From an uncultured delta proteobacterium (GTDB lineage: Bacteria > Myxococcota > Myxococcia > Myxococcales > 40CM-4-68-19): a stretch of 64,000 bases of DNA. The position numbers and the translations under genes were made by a program. The notes under the pieces are model-generated. The model saw only the letters and a program-made list of their open reading frames with translations. It made no database searches and had not been told where the DNA came from. Numbering within the stretch: position 1 is the first letter of the stretch; the number at the start of each line of letters is the position of its first letter. The stretch lies in NCBI GenBank assembly GCA_903911145.1, contig CAIWCD010000001.1, positions 62,001-126,000 of the forward strand, read 5' to 3'. Shown piece by piece: positions 1 to 9,590 of this stretch.

Positions 1-576
1 CGCGCGGCAATCATCTGCCTCTTCGTCTTCGCCGCAATTGCCGTCGTCGCGGCCGCACAACCGTTCGCCGACGCGCTTGTCTCGGGCGGACGTGCGCTGG
101 GCCTCGACGAGTTTCTGCTCGTGCAGTGGCTTGCGCCGCTGGCGTCGGAGGCACCTGAGTTTCTCGTCGCCGCGATTCTCGCGCTGCGCGGCAACGGAAA
201 CGCTGCCATCGGCGCCCTGCTCTCCTCGAAGGTGAATCAATGGACGATGCTCGTCGGCAGCCTGCCGCTCGCCCACCTTGCCGGCGGCGGCACCGGCTCG
301 CTCCCTCTTGATGAGCGCCAGTTCGGCGAGCTCTTATTAACTGCAACGCAGGCGCTGCTTGGCTTCGCGGTTCTCTGCGACCTGCGGTTGCGCGTCGGCG
401 AAGCGCTGCTGCTCGTCTCACTCTTCGTCTCGCAACTTTGCTTCCACCAGACGAACGTGCGGCTTGGATTCTCCGCTGCCTATCTAATCGCCGCGCTGGT
501 TATCCTCGCGACCAAGCCGCGCGAACTTCGTGATATCGCGCGGGCCGCCGTGCACACGACGACCTCAAGCCAATGA
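1..576 (+). CDS. Na+/Ca2+ (CaCA family) cation antiporter, 5'-truncated by window edge
   Basis: Frame 1 is open from base 1 (RAAIICLFVFAA...). Hydrophobic helices with alpha-repeat-like motifs LAPLASEAPE and ALLSSKVNQWT. Confidence 0.75.
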   Translation, partial: RAAIICLFVFAAIAVVAAAQPFADALVSGGRALGLDEFLLVQWLAPLASEAPEFLVAAILALRGNGNAAIGALLSSKVNQWTMLVGSLPLAHLAGGGTGSLPLDERQFGELLLTATQALLGFAVLCDLRLRVGEALLLVSLFVSQLCFHQTNVRLGFSAAYLIAALVILATKPRELRDIARAAVHTTTSSQ

Positions 577-1680
577 GTTCTCGTCCTCGTCCTCGCCAAA
601 CCGATCTCGCTTGAACGCCGCTTCGAGCGTCTCGTCGAGCTTCGCCAATAGATCGCGATTCCCGTCCTGCGAATAGCGCTCAAGGTTGTGCTCGAATTCG
701 GGAATGCGCGAGAGGAACTCCGAGAGCTTCTCGCGGGTCAACTGCTCCGCGCAGAGACCATATCCCTCTGCCTCGAGATATCGCGCGTTCAAGACCTGCT
801 CGAACTGCTTCTGCACCGGCACCGAGAGCATCGGCCGACGCAGATAGACCGCCTCGCCCATCAACGTAAATCCGCCGCCCGAGATCACGCCGCGCGCCGT
901 GCGGAGATCGTCGATAAACCCCTGCTCGCTAAATGGGCGATAGAGCAGTTTTCCATCGCGCAGATCCTCCTTGAGTTCGCGCTTGACGCCATAGATGCGG
1001 CACTCAATATTCGCCGCCTTGAGAATCTCGGGCAGCTCAGTATTGGTCGTATAGGTCTGATAGACCAGCAGGTGCTCGCCCGGTTCCGCCTTCGCCGCGA
1101 GGATCTCCGGGCGCAGGATGGGCGGGTGCAGAGTCGTGCGCTTCTTGCGGATCGGCGGATAGAAGAACGTGCTGATTAAGTAGTGATAAGCGCCAGGAAC
1201 CTTGCTCTTAATGATCCCCTTGGCCGTCTGAAACTCGGCCTCGTGGCCCGCCATGATGCTTGGCTCGTGCTGGCAGCGATTGATGATCTGCATATTGTCG
1301 ACCGAGATGATCGGCAGGCGGTGATTCTTCCCGAAGAGATAGCTCCAGCTCTCGAAATCGGAGATCACCACGTCCGGCTTGAACGATGAGGCCAGGTCGA
1401 AATAGGCGCGGATATTCTGCGGCCAGCCACCCGAAAAGGCCCCCTTTACATTCTCCAACAGCGTCTTGAAATTCCGGACCTCGTTATCCTCGGTGACAAT
1501 GGTCAGGCCCCAGATCTTCTTGACGTGCAGATGCTCATTGGCGCGCTTGGCGAGGTAATCGTGCGCCCGCCCGGAGACGACAACCTGCACGTCGTGCTTC
1601 TTCACCAGTTCGTCGAGGATCACGCGCGACCGGATCGCGTGGCCCATTCCTTCTCCGACGACGCCATAGAGAATTCGCAT
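565..1680 (-). CDS. MJ1255/VC2487-family glycosyltransferase (GT-B)
   Basis: N-terminal MRILYGVVGEGMGHAIRS, plus VISDFE, GGGFTLMGEA and PVQKQFEQ motifs. Start set at the ATG at 1680. Confidence 0.85.
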   Translation of the reverse strand: MRILYGVVGEGMGHAIRSRVILDELVKKHDVQVVVSGRAHDYLAKRANEHLHVKKIWGLTIVTEDNEVRNFKTLLENVKGAFSGGWPQNIRAYFDLASSFKPDVVISDFESWSYLFGKNHRLPIISVDNMQIINRCQHEPSIMAGHEAEFQTAKGIIKSKVPGAYHYLISTFFYPPIRKKRTTLHPPILRPEILAAKAEPGEHLLVYQTYTTNTELPEILKAANIECRIYGVKRELKEDLRDGKLLYRPFSEQGFIDDLRTARGVISGGGFTLMGEAVYLRRPMLSVPVQKQFEQVLNARYLEAEGYGLCAEQLTREKLSEFLSRIPEFEHNLERYSQDGNRDLLAKLDETLEAAFKRDRFGEDEDENSLA

Positions 1681-1747
1681 GCAGGACCTCGTTGATTGAT
1701 TAGACCCCACTCTACTGCAACGGCGCTTCGCGCGAGGCGTGTCTTGA

Positions 1748-3028
1748 TTAACCGCGGGCGTCTTCTATCCGATCAAGCCGCCACAATTCCGGCCAGGCGA
1801 AGCGGACGACGGCGACAACCAGAAGAGTCCCGATGCCGCCGCCAACCACCGCGGGGATCGCGCCGAAGAGCCCCGCAGCAAGGCCCGATTCGAAATCGCC
1901 CATCTCATTGGAGAGTCCAATGAAGACCCAATGGATCGCGGCAATTCTTCCTCTCAATGCATCAGGCGATACGACCTGCTCGAGCGTGCTGCGAATGACC
2001 GCGCTGACGTTATCGAACCCGCCGAGGACAGCCAGCGCGACGAGCGACAGAGGCAGCGAGCGGGACAATCCGAAGACGATCGTTGCAATGCCAAAGATCG
2101 TTACGCAGGAGAGCAGCACGCGGCCCACGTTGCGCCACGGAGGAAGTCGGGTCTGGACGAGAGCGGCCAAGAGCGCGCCGAAGGAGGGAGCTGCGCGCAA
2201 AAGTCCCAACCCGCGCGCGCCGGTGCGGAGGATATCCTTCGCGTAGATTGGCAAGAGCGCGGTCGCGCCGCCGAGCAGCACGGCGAAGAGGTCGAGCGTG
2301 ATCGCAGGCAGCAGGATTTTCGAGCGGAAGACGAAGCGCAACCCTGCGCTCAACCTCGGTTCGTCCCGGCTGCTCTTCTCGAGCGGGCGCACGGCCGAAG
2401 GAGGGATCGACGCGAGCGCGGCGACGAAGAGCATCGCGGCGGCGGCGTCGATGAAGTAGACCGCGCTCGCCCCTCCGGTCGCGGCGATGACGAACCCGCC
2501 GAGCGCAGGCCCGGCCGTCGCGCCAATCTGGAAGCCGCTGGAGAGCCAGGCGTTGGCGTGGGCAAACTCCGCGCGCGGAACCATCTGCGCAAGCAGCGAC
2601 GACATCGCCGGGCGCGAGAACGTTCCACAGACGCCCGTGAAGAAGAGCAGCGCGTAGAGCGTCCAGATCGGCGCGGTCGTCCATGACGCGAGCGCGAGGC
2701 CGAGCGCGCAGAGAGCCATCCCGCTCTGCGCGAGCATTCCCATCCGGCGGCGATCGAATCGATCGGCCGCAGCGCCCGCCGGCAGCGCAAGCAGCACGAC
2801 GGGAATCACCTGCGCGAGACCGACCATCCCGAGCGCGAACGCGCTGTGCGTGCGCGCGTAGAGTTGCCACCCGACCGCAACATCGAGCATCTGCGCGCCG
2901 AGGACGGAGATGATCCGCCCGCCGGCGAACGCGCGCACGGCCGGCCTGCGCAGTGCGCTTCCGCGTTGCTTGGCCTGTGGAGGATTGCTCTCTTCGCTCG
3001 ACGAAACAGCGCCCGGCTCAGTTGCCAA
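1748..3028 (-). CDS. MFS transporter (MFS_3/macrolide-efflux-like)
   Basis: About 12 hydrophobic segments and MFS motif A (GAAADRFDRRR). Start uncertain. Confidence 0.85.
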   Translation of the reverse strand: MATEPGAVSSSEESNPPQAKQRGSALRRPAVRAFAGGRIISVLGAQMLDVAVGWQLYARTHSAFALGMVGLAQVIPVVLLALPAGAAADRFDRRRMGMLAQSGMALCALGLALASWTTAPIWTLYALLFFTGVCGTFSRPAMSSLLAQMVPRAEFAHANAWLSSGFQIGATAGPALGGFVIAATGGASAVYFIDAAAAMLFVAALASIPPSAVRPLEKSSRDEPRLSAGLRFVFRSKILLPAITLDLFAVLLGGATALLPIYAKDILRTGARGLGLLRAAPSFGALLAALVQTRLPPWRNVGRVLLSCVTIFGIATIVFGLSRSLPLSLVALAVLGGFDNVSAVIRSTLEQVVSPDALRGRIAAIHWVFIGLSNEMGDFESGLAAGLFGAIPAVVGGGIGTLLVVAVVRFAWPELWRLDRIEDARG

Positions 3029-4151
3029 ACGCGACGCCCGCCGAGAGCGTGAAGAGCGTCAGCCCGTAGCTGACAAAGTGCGCGCCGAGCTGCCCCTGCA
3101 CGCCGAAACGCCCGACAACCGGCACCGTGTACTCGAGCAGCAGCGAGCCGCCCGAGAAGTCGATGCTCGGGAGGTTGCTGGCCGAGATGGCGCCCGCCGT
3201 GTAGGTGCCGCCGAGAGTGAACTGACCGGGCACGGGTCCGAGGTGATCGACGCGCAGACCAGGCCCGATGCCTCCGTAGAGTCCTGTGCGACCCGCGACC
3301 ATCGGACTCCACGAGCCGTGCACGAGCAGCTCGATGCCGAGATGACGCGTGAGGCGGATTCCGCCCTCGCCCGAGAGGTGCATTTCGAAATCTGGCTCGC
3401 TTCCCGCGTTGAGGCGGCCGATGTCGAACTGTCCGCCGGAGCTGAACCAGGTCACCATTCCGAGCGTCAGCCCAGCGCCATAGATTGGCGTGCCGAACGA
3501 ACTCCCGGTCGAGACATCAGCGACCGGAACGAGCGGGGCTGCGACCAGCGGCGGTGGCGGCGTGATCGGCTCGAGAGGAGGCAGCGGCAGCTCATTGGGC
3601 TTGGCGGCTGTCGGCGGCGCGGGCAGCGGGGCCGCGGCGTGCGCTGGAGCCGGGACAGCAACTGGCGCTGGAGCAGGAGGAGGCGGGGCAACAGGCGGCG
3701 CAGGAGTGGGCGCAACGATCAGCTCCGGCGGGGGCGCCGGTGGACCGACTGGTGCAGCCGGGTTCGTCGCCGCAGCCGACGGTGCAGCAGCTACCGGCGC
3801 TGCTGGAGTCCATGCGGGGATCGGTGCGTCCGCGGCCTTCGTCTCTGCTGCAGCGGCGGCGCGCCTCGCCTCTGCGTCGCGAGCCGCCTCTTTGATCAGG
3901 TCGCGATGTCCGCCGGCCTTCGTCTTCTTCTTCGCAGGCGCCGCGCAGACGTGCTTCTCGCAGACGTCCTCGCCGCTGCAATCAAGGTCGCGCGTGCAGG
4001 CCCGCTTCGTCGGAGGATCGACGCATACCTTTTCGACGCAGATGCGCTCGCCCTTGCAATCGGTGTCCTTCGAACAGCCGGCGTCCTGCGCCCATGCGGG
4101 CGCACAGAACGCGAGGACAACGATGCAAGAGGCGGCGAGCGCACGCGTCAT
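3018..4151 (-). CDS. Secreted/outer-membrane protein: two Cys-rich repeats, Pro/Ala linker, probable C-terminal beta-barrel
   Basis: Signal peptide (PAWA). Repeats CSKDTDCKGERICVEKVC and CTRDLDCSGEDVCEKHVC. Alternating beta-strand pattern ending LSAGVAFGN. Confidence 0.7.
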   Translation of the reverse strand: MTRALAASCIVVLAFCAPAWAQDAGCSKDTDCKGERICVEKVCVDPPTKRACTRDLDCSGEDVCEKHVCAAPAKKKTKAGGHRDLIKEAARDAEARRAAAAAETKAADAPIPAWTPAAPVAAAPSAAATNPAAPVGPPAPPPELIVAPTPAPPVAPPPPAPAPVAVPAPAHAAAPLPAPPTAAKPNELPLPPLEPITPPPPLVAAPLVPVADVSTGSSFGTPIYGAGLTLGMVTWFSSGGQFDIGRLNAGSEPDFEMHLSGEGGIRLTRHLGIELLVHGSWSPMVAGRTGLYGGIGPGLRVDHLGPVPGQFTLGGTYTAGAISASNLPSIDFSGGSLLLEYTVPVVGRFGVQGQLGAHFVSYGLTLFTLSAGVAFGN

Positions 4152-4178
4152 TCGGACCTCTGTGCAGGGCGCAGACGA

Positions 4179-5021
4179 CTACGGCTTGGGTGACCCGCCG
4201 GGACGTCCAGCACCGCGAGGAGCCCCCGGACGTGCACCGCCGCGACCGGCCGGACGAGCGCCACCCGGACCGCCCGGCTTGCGTGCACCCGGACCACCGG
4301 CGCCGCGCTCGCTCTTGCGATCCTGCGCGACCGTCTCCATCGAGAAGCTTCCCTCGAGGGACGCGTCGTTCTTGTTCTTCGTGCTCCCGCTCGGACGCTG
4401 CGGCCCACGGCGCGCGCCCTTCTCTTCCTTCGGGTCCTTGAAGACCTGCTTCATCGAAGCCGGCATCAGGTCGACGAGGTACTGGTGCTCGCCGATCTTC
4501 TTCGCGCCCGCGACGACATCCTCGCCGCCGAACACGCGCACGAGACGCACGCGCTCCGCATTGCGCCCCGCGGCCTTCACCGCATCGCGCAGGCGGGCGA
4601 GGCGATCGCCGGTCGTGCTGGTCGCCTTGGCAACTGCCTCATCGAGAATCGCCTTGACCGCGTCGGTCTCCGCGACATCGGCAGGGTCGGCCTTCGGCGC
4701 GGCCTGAACGTGCTCGAGCGCGTCGTCGACCGCGGCCTTCTCCTTCGCGGCGATCTCATCCGTCGCTTCGGTGGCCGACGAGAATGCACCCGACTCGCTC
4801 TTCTCTTCGGGGCCGCCCTCCACGTCGGGCTCACGGTGAGGCACCTCACCCGCGCCTTGCGCGTGCGACGTGGGCTGCGCCGTCACTTCGACGTCAGCAG
4901 GAATGGGGGCCGGCACCACCTGGGCGAGCTCCTTGGGGAGCGACTTCTTCGCCTCGGTCTCGGCCTTGGCGGCCATGCGGATGAGCGTGCCGGAGAATTC
5001 TGTCAGGGTTCGGATTGCCAT
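4179..5021 (-). CDS. Hypothetical protein (acidic middle, Gly/Arg/Pro-rich tail)
   Basis: ORF with host-like codon usage from ATG 5021 (MAIRTLTEFSG...). The longer ORF-track start runs into the nrdJ promoter. Confidence 0.7.
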   Translation of the reverse strand: MAIRTLTEFSGTLIRMAAKAETEAKKSLPKELAQVVPAPIPADVEVTAQPTSHAQGAGEVPHREPDVEGGPEEKSESGAFSSATEATDEIAAKEKAAVDDALEHVQAAPKADPADVAETDAVKAILDEAVAKATSTTGDRLARLRDAVKAAGRNAERVRLVRVFGGEDVVAGAKKIGEHQYLVDLMPASMKQVFKDPKEEKGARRGPQRPSGSTKNKNDASLEGSFSMETVAQDRKSERGAGGPGARKPGGPGGARPAGRGGARPGAPRGAGRPGGSPKP

Positions 5022-5131
5022 AGGGGGCCGGTGTCTACCAGCAACAACGCGGCAACGGAAGGGGTCTGCATGCTCATTCGATCGGCTGATGATCGGATGG
5101 GCCACCGCGACCCGCGCGCGTTCCGTTCCGA

Positions 5132-5310
5132 TTTTCCACGATTGTTCGATGCCTTGTGCCCGATCCGCGACAATCCACAACCTGTGGACAACCCACCACC
5201 GATAGGGCCTGACGCGATGCGGCACCACTATCGGTGGGGTAATTTTCTTGACAGGTCGATGCCGCGGTGAGACTAAGCGGGGGTCCGGAGCCACCCCCGA
5301 TAGGGGTGTC
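5132..5310. promoter_or_regulatory. nrdJ promoter region with DnaA-box-like and NrdR-box-like sites
   Basis: TGTGGACAA (5183-5191, reverse TTGTCCACA), CAATCCACA (5171-5179) and TTTTCCACG (5132-5140). Three related quasi-palindromes CaCCaCCGATAGgG at ~5194, 5223 (reverse) and 5292. TTGACA at 5248-5253. Confidence 0.55.
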
Positions 5311-5416
5311 CCGGGCAACAATTCCAAACCTCGAGGCCGGACGGCTCCCTCGATATACCTGCACAGGTGTATCGTGTGGGACTTCTTACCTCACAGACCA
5401 TGAAGGGGACCACTCG

Positions 5417-8400
5417 ATGTCCAGCTCGAACAAGCCCGGCAACGTTGGCGATGCGATCGTTGGCACTGAACCGATCTCGGCCGCTCCGGCGACCGAAGGG
5501 ATGAAGAGCGGCCTCATCCGGCACTCTTCTCCTGGCATCCCCAAGTCGCAGGTGCATGGGCGCAAGGGCAAGGGCGTCCCGGTTGCACGCCGCGCGACCC
5601 GTCCGGGCCAGACCGCCGCTGAAGTTCTCGACGAGGTGACGTGGACGCACCGTCCCGCGAAGATCTCCGGCGCAGACGGCGAAGTCGTCTTCAAGATGGA
5701 CGACGCCGAGGTTCCCGAGGGCTGGTCGCAGCTCGCGACCGACGTCGCCGTTTCCAAGTATTTCCGCAAGGCGGGCGTGCCCACCAAGTCGGGCGCCGAG
5801 GAGAGCGTGCGCCAGATCGTCAAGCGCGTCGCGCACACGATGCGCACCTCGGGCGAGGAGCAGGGTGGATACTTCGCCACCGCCGAGGACGCCGAGACCT
5901 TCGAAGCCGAGCTCAGCTACTACCTCGTCAACCAGATCGGCGCGTTCAACTCGCCCGTCTGGTTCAACTGCGGCCTCTGGCACGAGTACAAGATCGCCGG
6001 CTCGGGTGGAAACTTCGCGGTCGATCTCAACACCGGCTCGGCCTACATGACGCCCGACGCGTACACGCGTCCGCAAGTGTCGGCCTGCTTCATCCAGAGT
6101 TGCAAGGACGATCTCGACTCGATCTTCAGCCTCGTCCACGACGAAGCGCGAGTCTTCAAGTATGGCTCGGGGTCCGGCACGAACTTCTCGAAGCTGCGCG
6201 GCAAGATGGAGCGCCTCTCGGGCGGCGGGACCTCGAGCGGCCTCATCAGCTTCCTCGAAGTTCTCGATCGCGCAGCCGGTGCGACCAAGTCGGGCGGCAT
6301 CACGCGCCGCGCGGCGAAGATGGTCGTCCTCGACGCGGACCACCCCGAGATCCGCGACTTCATCAGCTGGAAGGCGCGCGAGGAGAAGAAGGTCGGCGCG
6401 CTGATCGCGGGCGGCTACTCGAGCGACTTCAACGGCGAGGCCTACCGCACGGTGAGCGGACAGAACGCGAACAATTCGATTCGCGTGACCGATGCGTTCC
6501 TCGATGCGGTCACGAAGAACGGCGTCTGGGAAACGCGAGCGCGCACGACGGGCGAAGTGGTTGAGCGCCTCTCCGCGAAGGACCTCTGGGGCGAGCTCGC
6601 CGAGGCGGCCTGGAAGTGCGCCGACCCGGGCATCCAGTACGACGACACGATCAACCGGTGGCACACCTGCAAGGCGACCGACCGCATCTACGCGTCGAAT
6701 CCGTGCAGCGAGTTTGTCTTCCTCGACGACACCGCCTGCAACCTCGCCTCGCTCAACCTGCTCAAGTTCCTCGACGAGAAGACGGGAGAGTTCGACGTCG
6801 CGGGCTACCAGCACGCCTGCCGCGTCTTCTTCATGGCGCAGGAGATAGCGGTCGATCTCGCGAGCTACCCGACGCAGAAGATCGCGGAGCGCAGCCACCA
6901 GTATCGGCCGCTGGGCTTGGGCTACGCGAACCTCGGCACGCTGCTGATGGTGCAGGGTCTGCCGTACGACTCCAATGAGGGCCGCGCGGTCGCGTCGGCG
7001 CTGACGGCGGTGATGACGGGCGAGGCCTACGCGCTCTCGGCGGAGATGGCAGCGAGCAAGGGTCCGTTCGCGGGTTTCACGCAGAACCGCGAGTCGATGC
7101 TCGAGGTGATGCGGATGCACCAGGACGCCGCGCTCAAGATCGATCGCGATCTTGCGCCGAGCGAGATCCTCGCCGCCGCGCACCAGGCCTGGTCGCGCGC
7201 CGTTACGCTCGGAGAAGAGCACGGCTACCGCAACGCGCAGGCGACGGTGCTCGCGCCCACGGGCACGATCGGTCTCTTGATGGACTGCGACACGACGGGC
7301 GTCGAGCCGGACTTCGCGCTCATCAAGTTCAAGAAGCTCGCCGGTGGTGGCTCGTTCAAGATCGTCAACCAGTCGGTGCCGCGCGCGCTCAAGAAGCTCG
7401 GCTACGCGCCCGCCGAGGTGCAGGCGATCGTCGACTTCGTGCGGGGCACGGCGACGCTCAAGGGCACGCTTGACTTCACCCCGGCAGATCTGGCAGCGCG
7501 CGGACTGCTCGAGAACGAGATCGCGAAGATCGAGAAGACGCTCGAGTCGGTCTTCGATCTGCGCCAGGCCTTCTCGCCGCACATCATGGGCCCGGCCTGC
7601 CTGACGCGCCTGGGCCTCGCGGCCAACGCGAAGGGGGCCGCCGTCCTCGAGAAGCTCGGATACACGGCCGAGCAGATCGACGCCGCGAGCCTGCAGATCT
7701 GCGGACGCCAGACGGTCGAAGGCGCGCCGTTCCTCAAGGTCGAGCACTACCCGGTCTTCGACTGCGCGAATCGCTGCGGACCGCTCGGGACGCGGTACAT
7801 CGAGCCGATGGGCCACGTGCGCATGATGGCCGCGGCCCAGCCGTTCCTCTCCGGCGCGATCAGCAAGACGATCAACATGCCGTCCGACGCGACCGTGGCC
7901 GACGTGGAGAAGATCCACCTCGACTCCTGGAAGCTCGGCCTCAAGGCGATCGCGATCTATCGCGACGGCAGCAAGCTCTCGCAGCCGCTCTCTGCGGGCG
8001 ACAACGCGAAGGCCACGGGGCCAGCCCTGCCCTTGCCGCTGCCCAAGGAGGTTCCGCTCCTCGTCGCCGATCTGCAGAAGCTGCTCTCGGTCTCGCCCGA
8101 GCAGGCACAGCGCATGGCCGAGGCCTGCCTGATGCCGAAGAGCAATCTCGTCGCCGCTCCCGCGCCGTCCCCGCTGCCCGCCGCTGCGCGCCGCCGTCTG
8201 CCGGCCAAGCGCCACGGCCTCACGCAGGAGGCGAAGGTCGGTGGCAACAAGGTCTTCCTGCGCACGGGCGAGTACGAGGATGGCGCGCTCGGTGAGATCT
8301 TCATCGACATGCACAAGGAGGGCGCGGCGCTGCGCTCGGTGATGAACTGCTTCGCGATGCTCGTCTCGCTCGCGCTGCAGTACGGAGTGCCGCTGCAAGT

Positions 8401-8854
8401 GCTCGTGGAGCAGTTCGTCTTCACGCGCTTCGAGCCGCAGGGACCGGTGCAGGGCCACGATCGCGTGAAGTTCGCGACCTCGGTCATCGACTACGTCTTC
8501 CGCGCGCTCGGCGTTGAGTACCTGCACCGCGACGACCTCGCGCACGTCACGCCCGAGGCGGCCGCGACCACTCCGGCGGCCAACATGGGCTCTGAGCCCG
8601 GAAACGGCCAGGCCACGATGGCGAGCCCCGCGAGCCCGGCGATCGTCGCGAAGGCGGCGCAGAAGGCAGCGGGGACGGCCTCGCAGGTTGCCGTCGAGCG
8701 CTCGGGCGCGCGGCGTGCGGCCTCGGCGCAGGATGAGCAGCTGCGCAACATGTCGGGCGATGCCCCGTTCTGCGATGGCTGCGGCCACATCACGGTGCGC
8801 AATGGCACCTGCTACAAGTGCCTGAACTGCGGCAACAGCATGGGCTGCAGCTAG
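5417..8854 (+). CDS. nrdJ: Vitamin B12-dependent (class II) ribonucleotide reductase
   Basis: AFNSPVWFN, QVSACFI, SNPCSEF (radical Cys), LAPTGTIG and AISKTIN motifs. TSCPD-like region and C-terminal CxxC...CxxC. RBS GAAGGGG precedes ATG 5417. Confidence 0.95.
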   Translation: MSSSNKPGNVGDAIVGTEPISAAPATEGMKSGLIRHSSPGIPKSQVHGRKGKGVPVARRATRPGQTAAEVLDEVTWTHRPAKISGADGEVVFKMDDAEVPEGWSQLATDVAVSKYFRKAGVPTKSGAEESVRQIVKRVAHTMRTSGEEQGGYFATAEDAETFEAELSYYLVNQIGAFNSPVWFNCGLWHEYKIAGSGGNFAVDLNTGSAYMTPDAYTRPQVSACFIQSCKDDLDSIFSLVHDEARVFKYGSGSGTNFSKLRGKMERLSGGGTSSGLISFLEVLDRAAGATKSGGITRRAAKMVVLDADHPEIRDFISWKAREEKKVGALIAGGYSSDFNGEAYRTVSGQNANNSIRVTDAFLDAVTKNGVWETRARTTGEVVERLSAKDLWGELAEAAWKCADPGIQYDDTINRWHTCKATDRIYASNPCSEFVFLDDTACNLASLNLLKFLDEKTGEFDVAGYQHACRVFFMAQEIAVDLASYPTQKIAERSHQYRPLGLGYANLGTLLMVQGLPYDSNEGRAVASALTAVMTGEAYALSAEMAASKGPFAGFTQNRESMLEVMRMHQDAALKIDRDLAPSEILAAAHQAWSRAVTLGEEHGYRNAQATVLAPTGTIGLLMDCDTTGVEPDFALIKFKKLAGGGSFKIVNQSVPRALKKLGYAPAEVQAIVDFVRGTATLKGTLDFTPADLAARGLLENEIAKIEKTLESVFDLRQAFSPHIMGPACLTRLGLAANAKGAAVLEKLGYTAEQIDAASLQICGRQTVEGAPFLKVEHYPVFDCANRCGPLGTRYIEPMGHVRMMAAAQPFLSGAISKTINMPSDATVADVEKIHLDSWKLGLKAIAIYRDGSKLSQPLSAGDNAKATGPALPLPLPKEVPLLVADLQKLLSVSPEQAQRMAEACLMPKSNLVAAPAPSPLPAAARRRLPAKRHGLTQEAKVGGNKVFLRTGEYEDGALGEIFIDMHKEGAALRSVMNCFAMLVSLALQYGVPLQVLVEQFVFTRFEPQGPVQGHDRVKFATSVIDYVFRALGVEYLHRDDLAHVTPEAAATTPAANMGSEPGNGQATMASPASPAIVAKAAQKAAGTASQVAVERSGARRAASAQDEQLRNMSGDAPFCDGCGHITVRNGTCYKCLNCGNSMGCS

Positions 8855-8883
8855 TCGGCAACTCCCACGAGGGAGAACAGAAG

Positions 8884-8922
8884 GCGGCTCGCGCAGAGGA
8901 TTGCGCGGGCCGCTTTTGTTTT
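8884..8922 (+). terminator. Intrinsic terminator of nrdJ
   Basis: GCGGCTCGCGCA...TGCGCGGGCCGC stem followed by TTTTGTTTT. Confidence 0.8.
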
Positions 8923-8961
8923 GAGTGCCAATCATTGGCACTCAAAGCATCTGCTGGACGG

Positions 8962-9558
8962 TCATCGCTCGGCGAGCGTGCGCAGCTTCGCGAAGGCCCT
9001 CAGCAGCGCCGGATCGGAGTCTGCCGGTGGATTCGAGAGCGGGAACCAGTCGAGCGCGCGGCTCTCCTCGGAAAGCCGCGCGGCCGCGCCCAGCCTGGCT
9101 ACGAACGCGAAGCGAAGATCGAGGTGATCGTGGGCTGGCTCGTTGGGCCGAGCAGGAATGACGTGGATGTCGACATCGAAGAGTGTCGCGATCGAGGCCG
9201 GTCCATCGTGGGGAACGAGTGCCCGCAGATCCTGTTGCGCGAGGCCGGTCTCCTCCTCGACTTCGCGCAGCGCGATCTCCCGCGGGTCGAGTTCGCCCTC
9301 TCCATGACCGCCCGGCTGGAGCCAGCGCTTGAGCTTTCCGTGATGGAGCAGCAGCACCCGATCGCGCGCGTCGTTGAGGACAAAGGCCGAGCCGGTGAGG
9401 TGCCCAAGAGGCTGGCTGCGCAGGTGCGCATCGACAGGATGCGCACGCAGAAAAGAGCGGACGCGGGCAACATCTTCGGCCTCGCGCGCATCAAGACAGG
9501 GATGGGCGAGCAGCGCCCGATCAAGCGCGGACCAGTCTGGCGTGTTCGCAGGATCCAT
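8962..9558 (-). CDS. NUDIX hydrolase
   Basis: GHLTGSA, WLQPGGHGE-x-ALREVEEETG (Nudix box) and HLDLRF. Confidence 0.9.
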   Translation of the reverse strand: MDPANTPDWSALDRALLAHPCLDAREAEDVARVRSFLRAHPVDAHLRSQPLGHLTGSAFVLNDARDRVLLLHHGKLKRWLQPGGHGEGELDPREIALREVEEETGLAQQDLRALVPHDGPASIATLFDVDIHVIPARPNEPAHDHLDLRFAFVARLGAAARLSEESRALDWFPLSNPPADSDPALLRAFAKLRTLAER

Positions 9559-9590
9559 TCGGGAGACAGTTAGCACCGAAGCAGCGACGC

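Noticed and set aside
5280..5416. Cobalamin riboswitch upstream of nrdJ
   Set aside because: No B12-box or GGGAA/GCCACTG core is recognisable. There is only a simple hairpin.
5417..8854. Intein or intron in nrdJ
   Set aside because: The frame is continuous with no C...HN splice motifs or LAGLIDADG blocks. Its length is explained by the TSCPD domain and linkers.
5273..8941. 1222-aa antisense ORF (similar long ORFs at 31225-34827, 42010-44685, 15090-17411, 55246-57315)
   Set aside because: These are shadows of well-supported genes on the opposite strand. Stop codons are rare in high-GC DNA and the translations are Arg-rich with no motifs.
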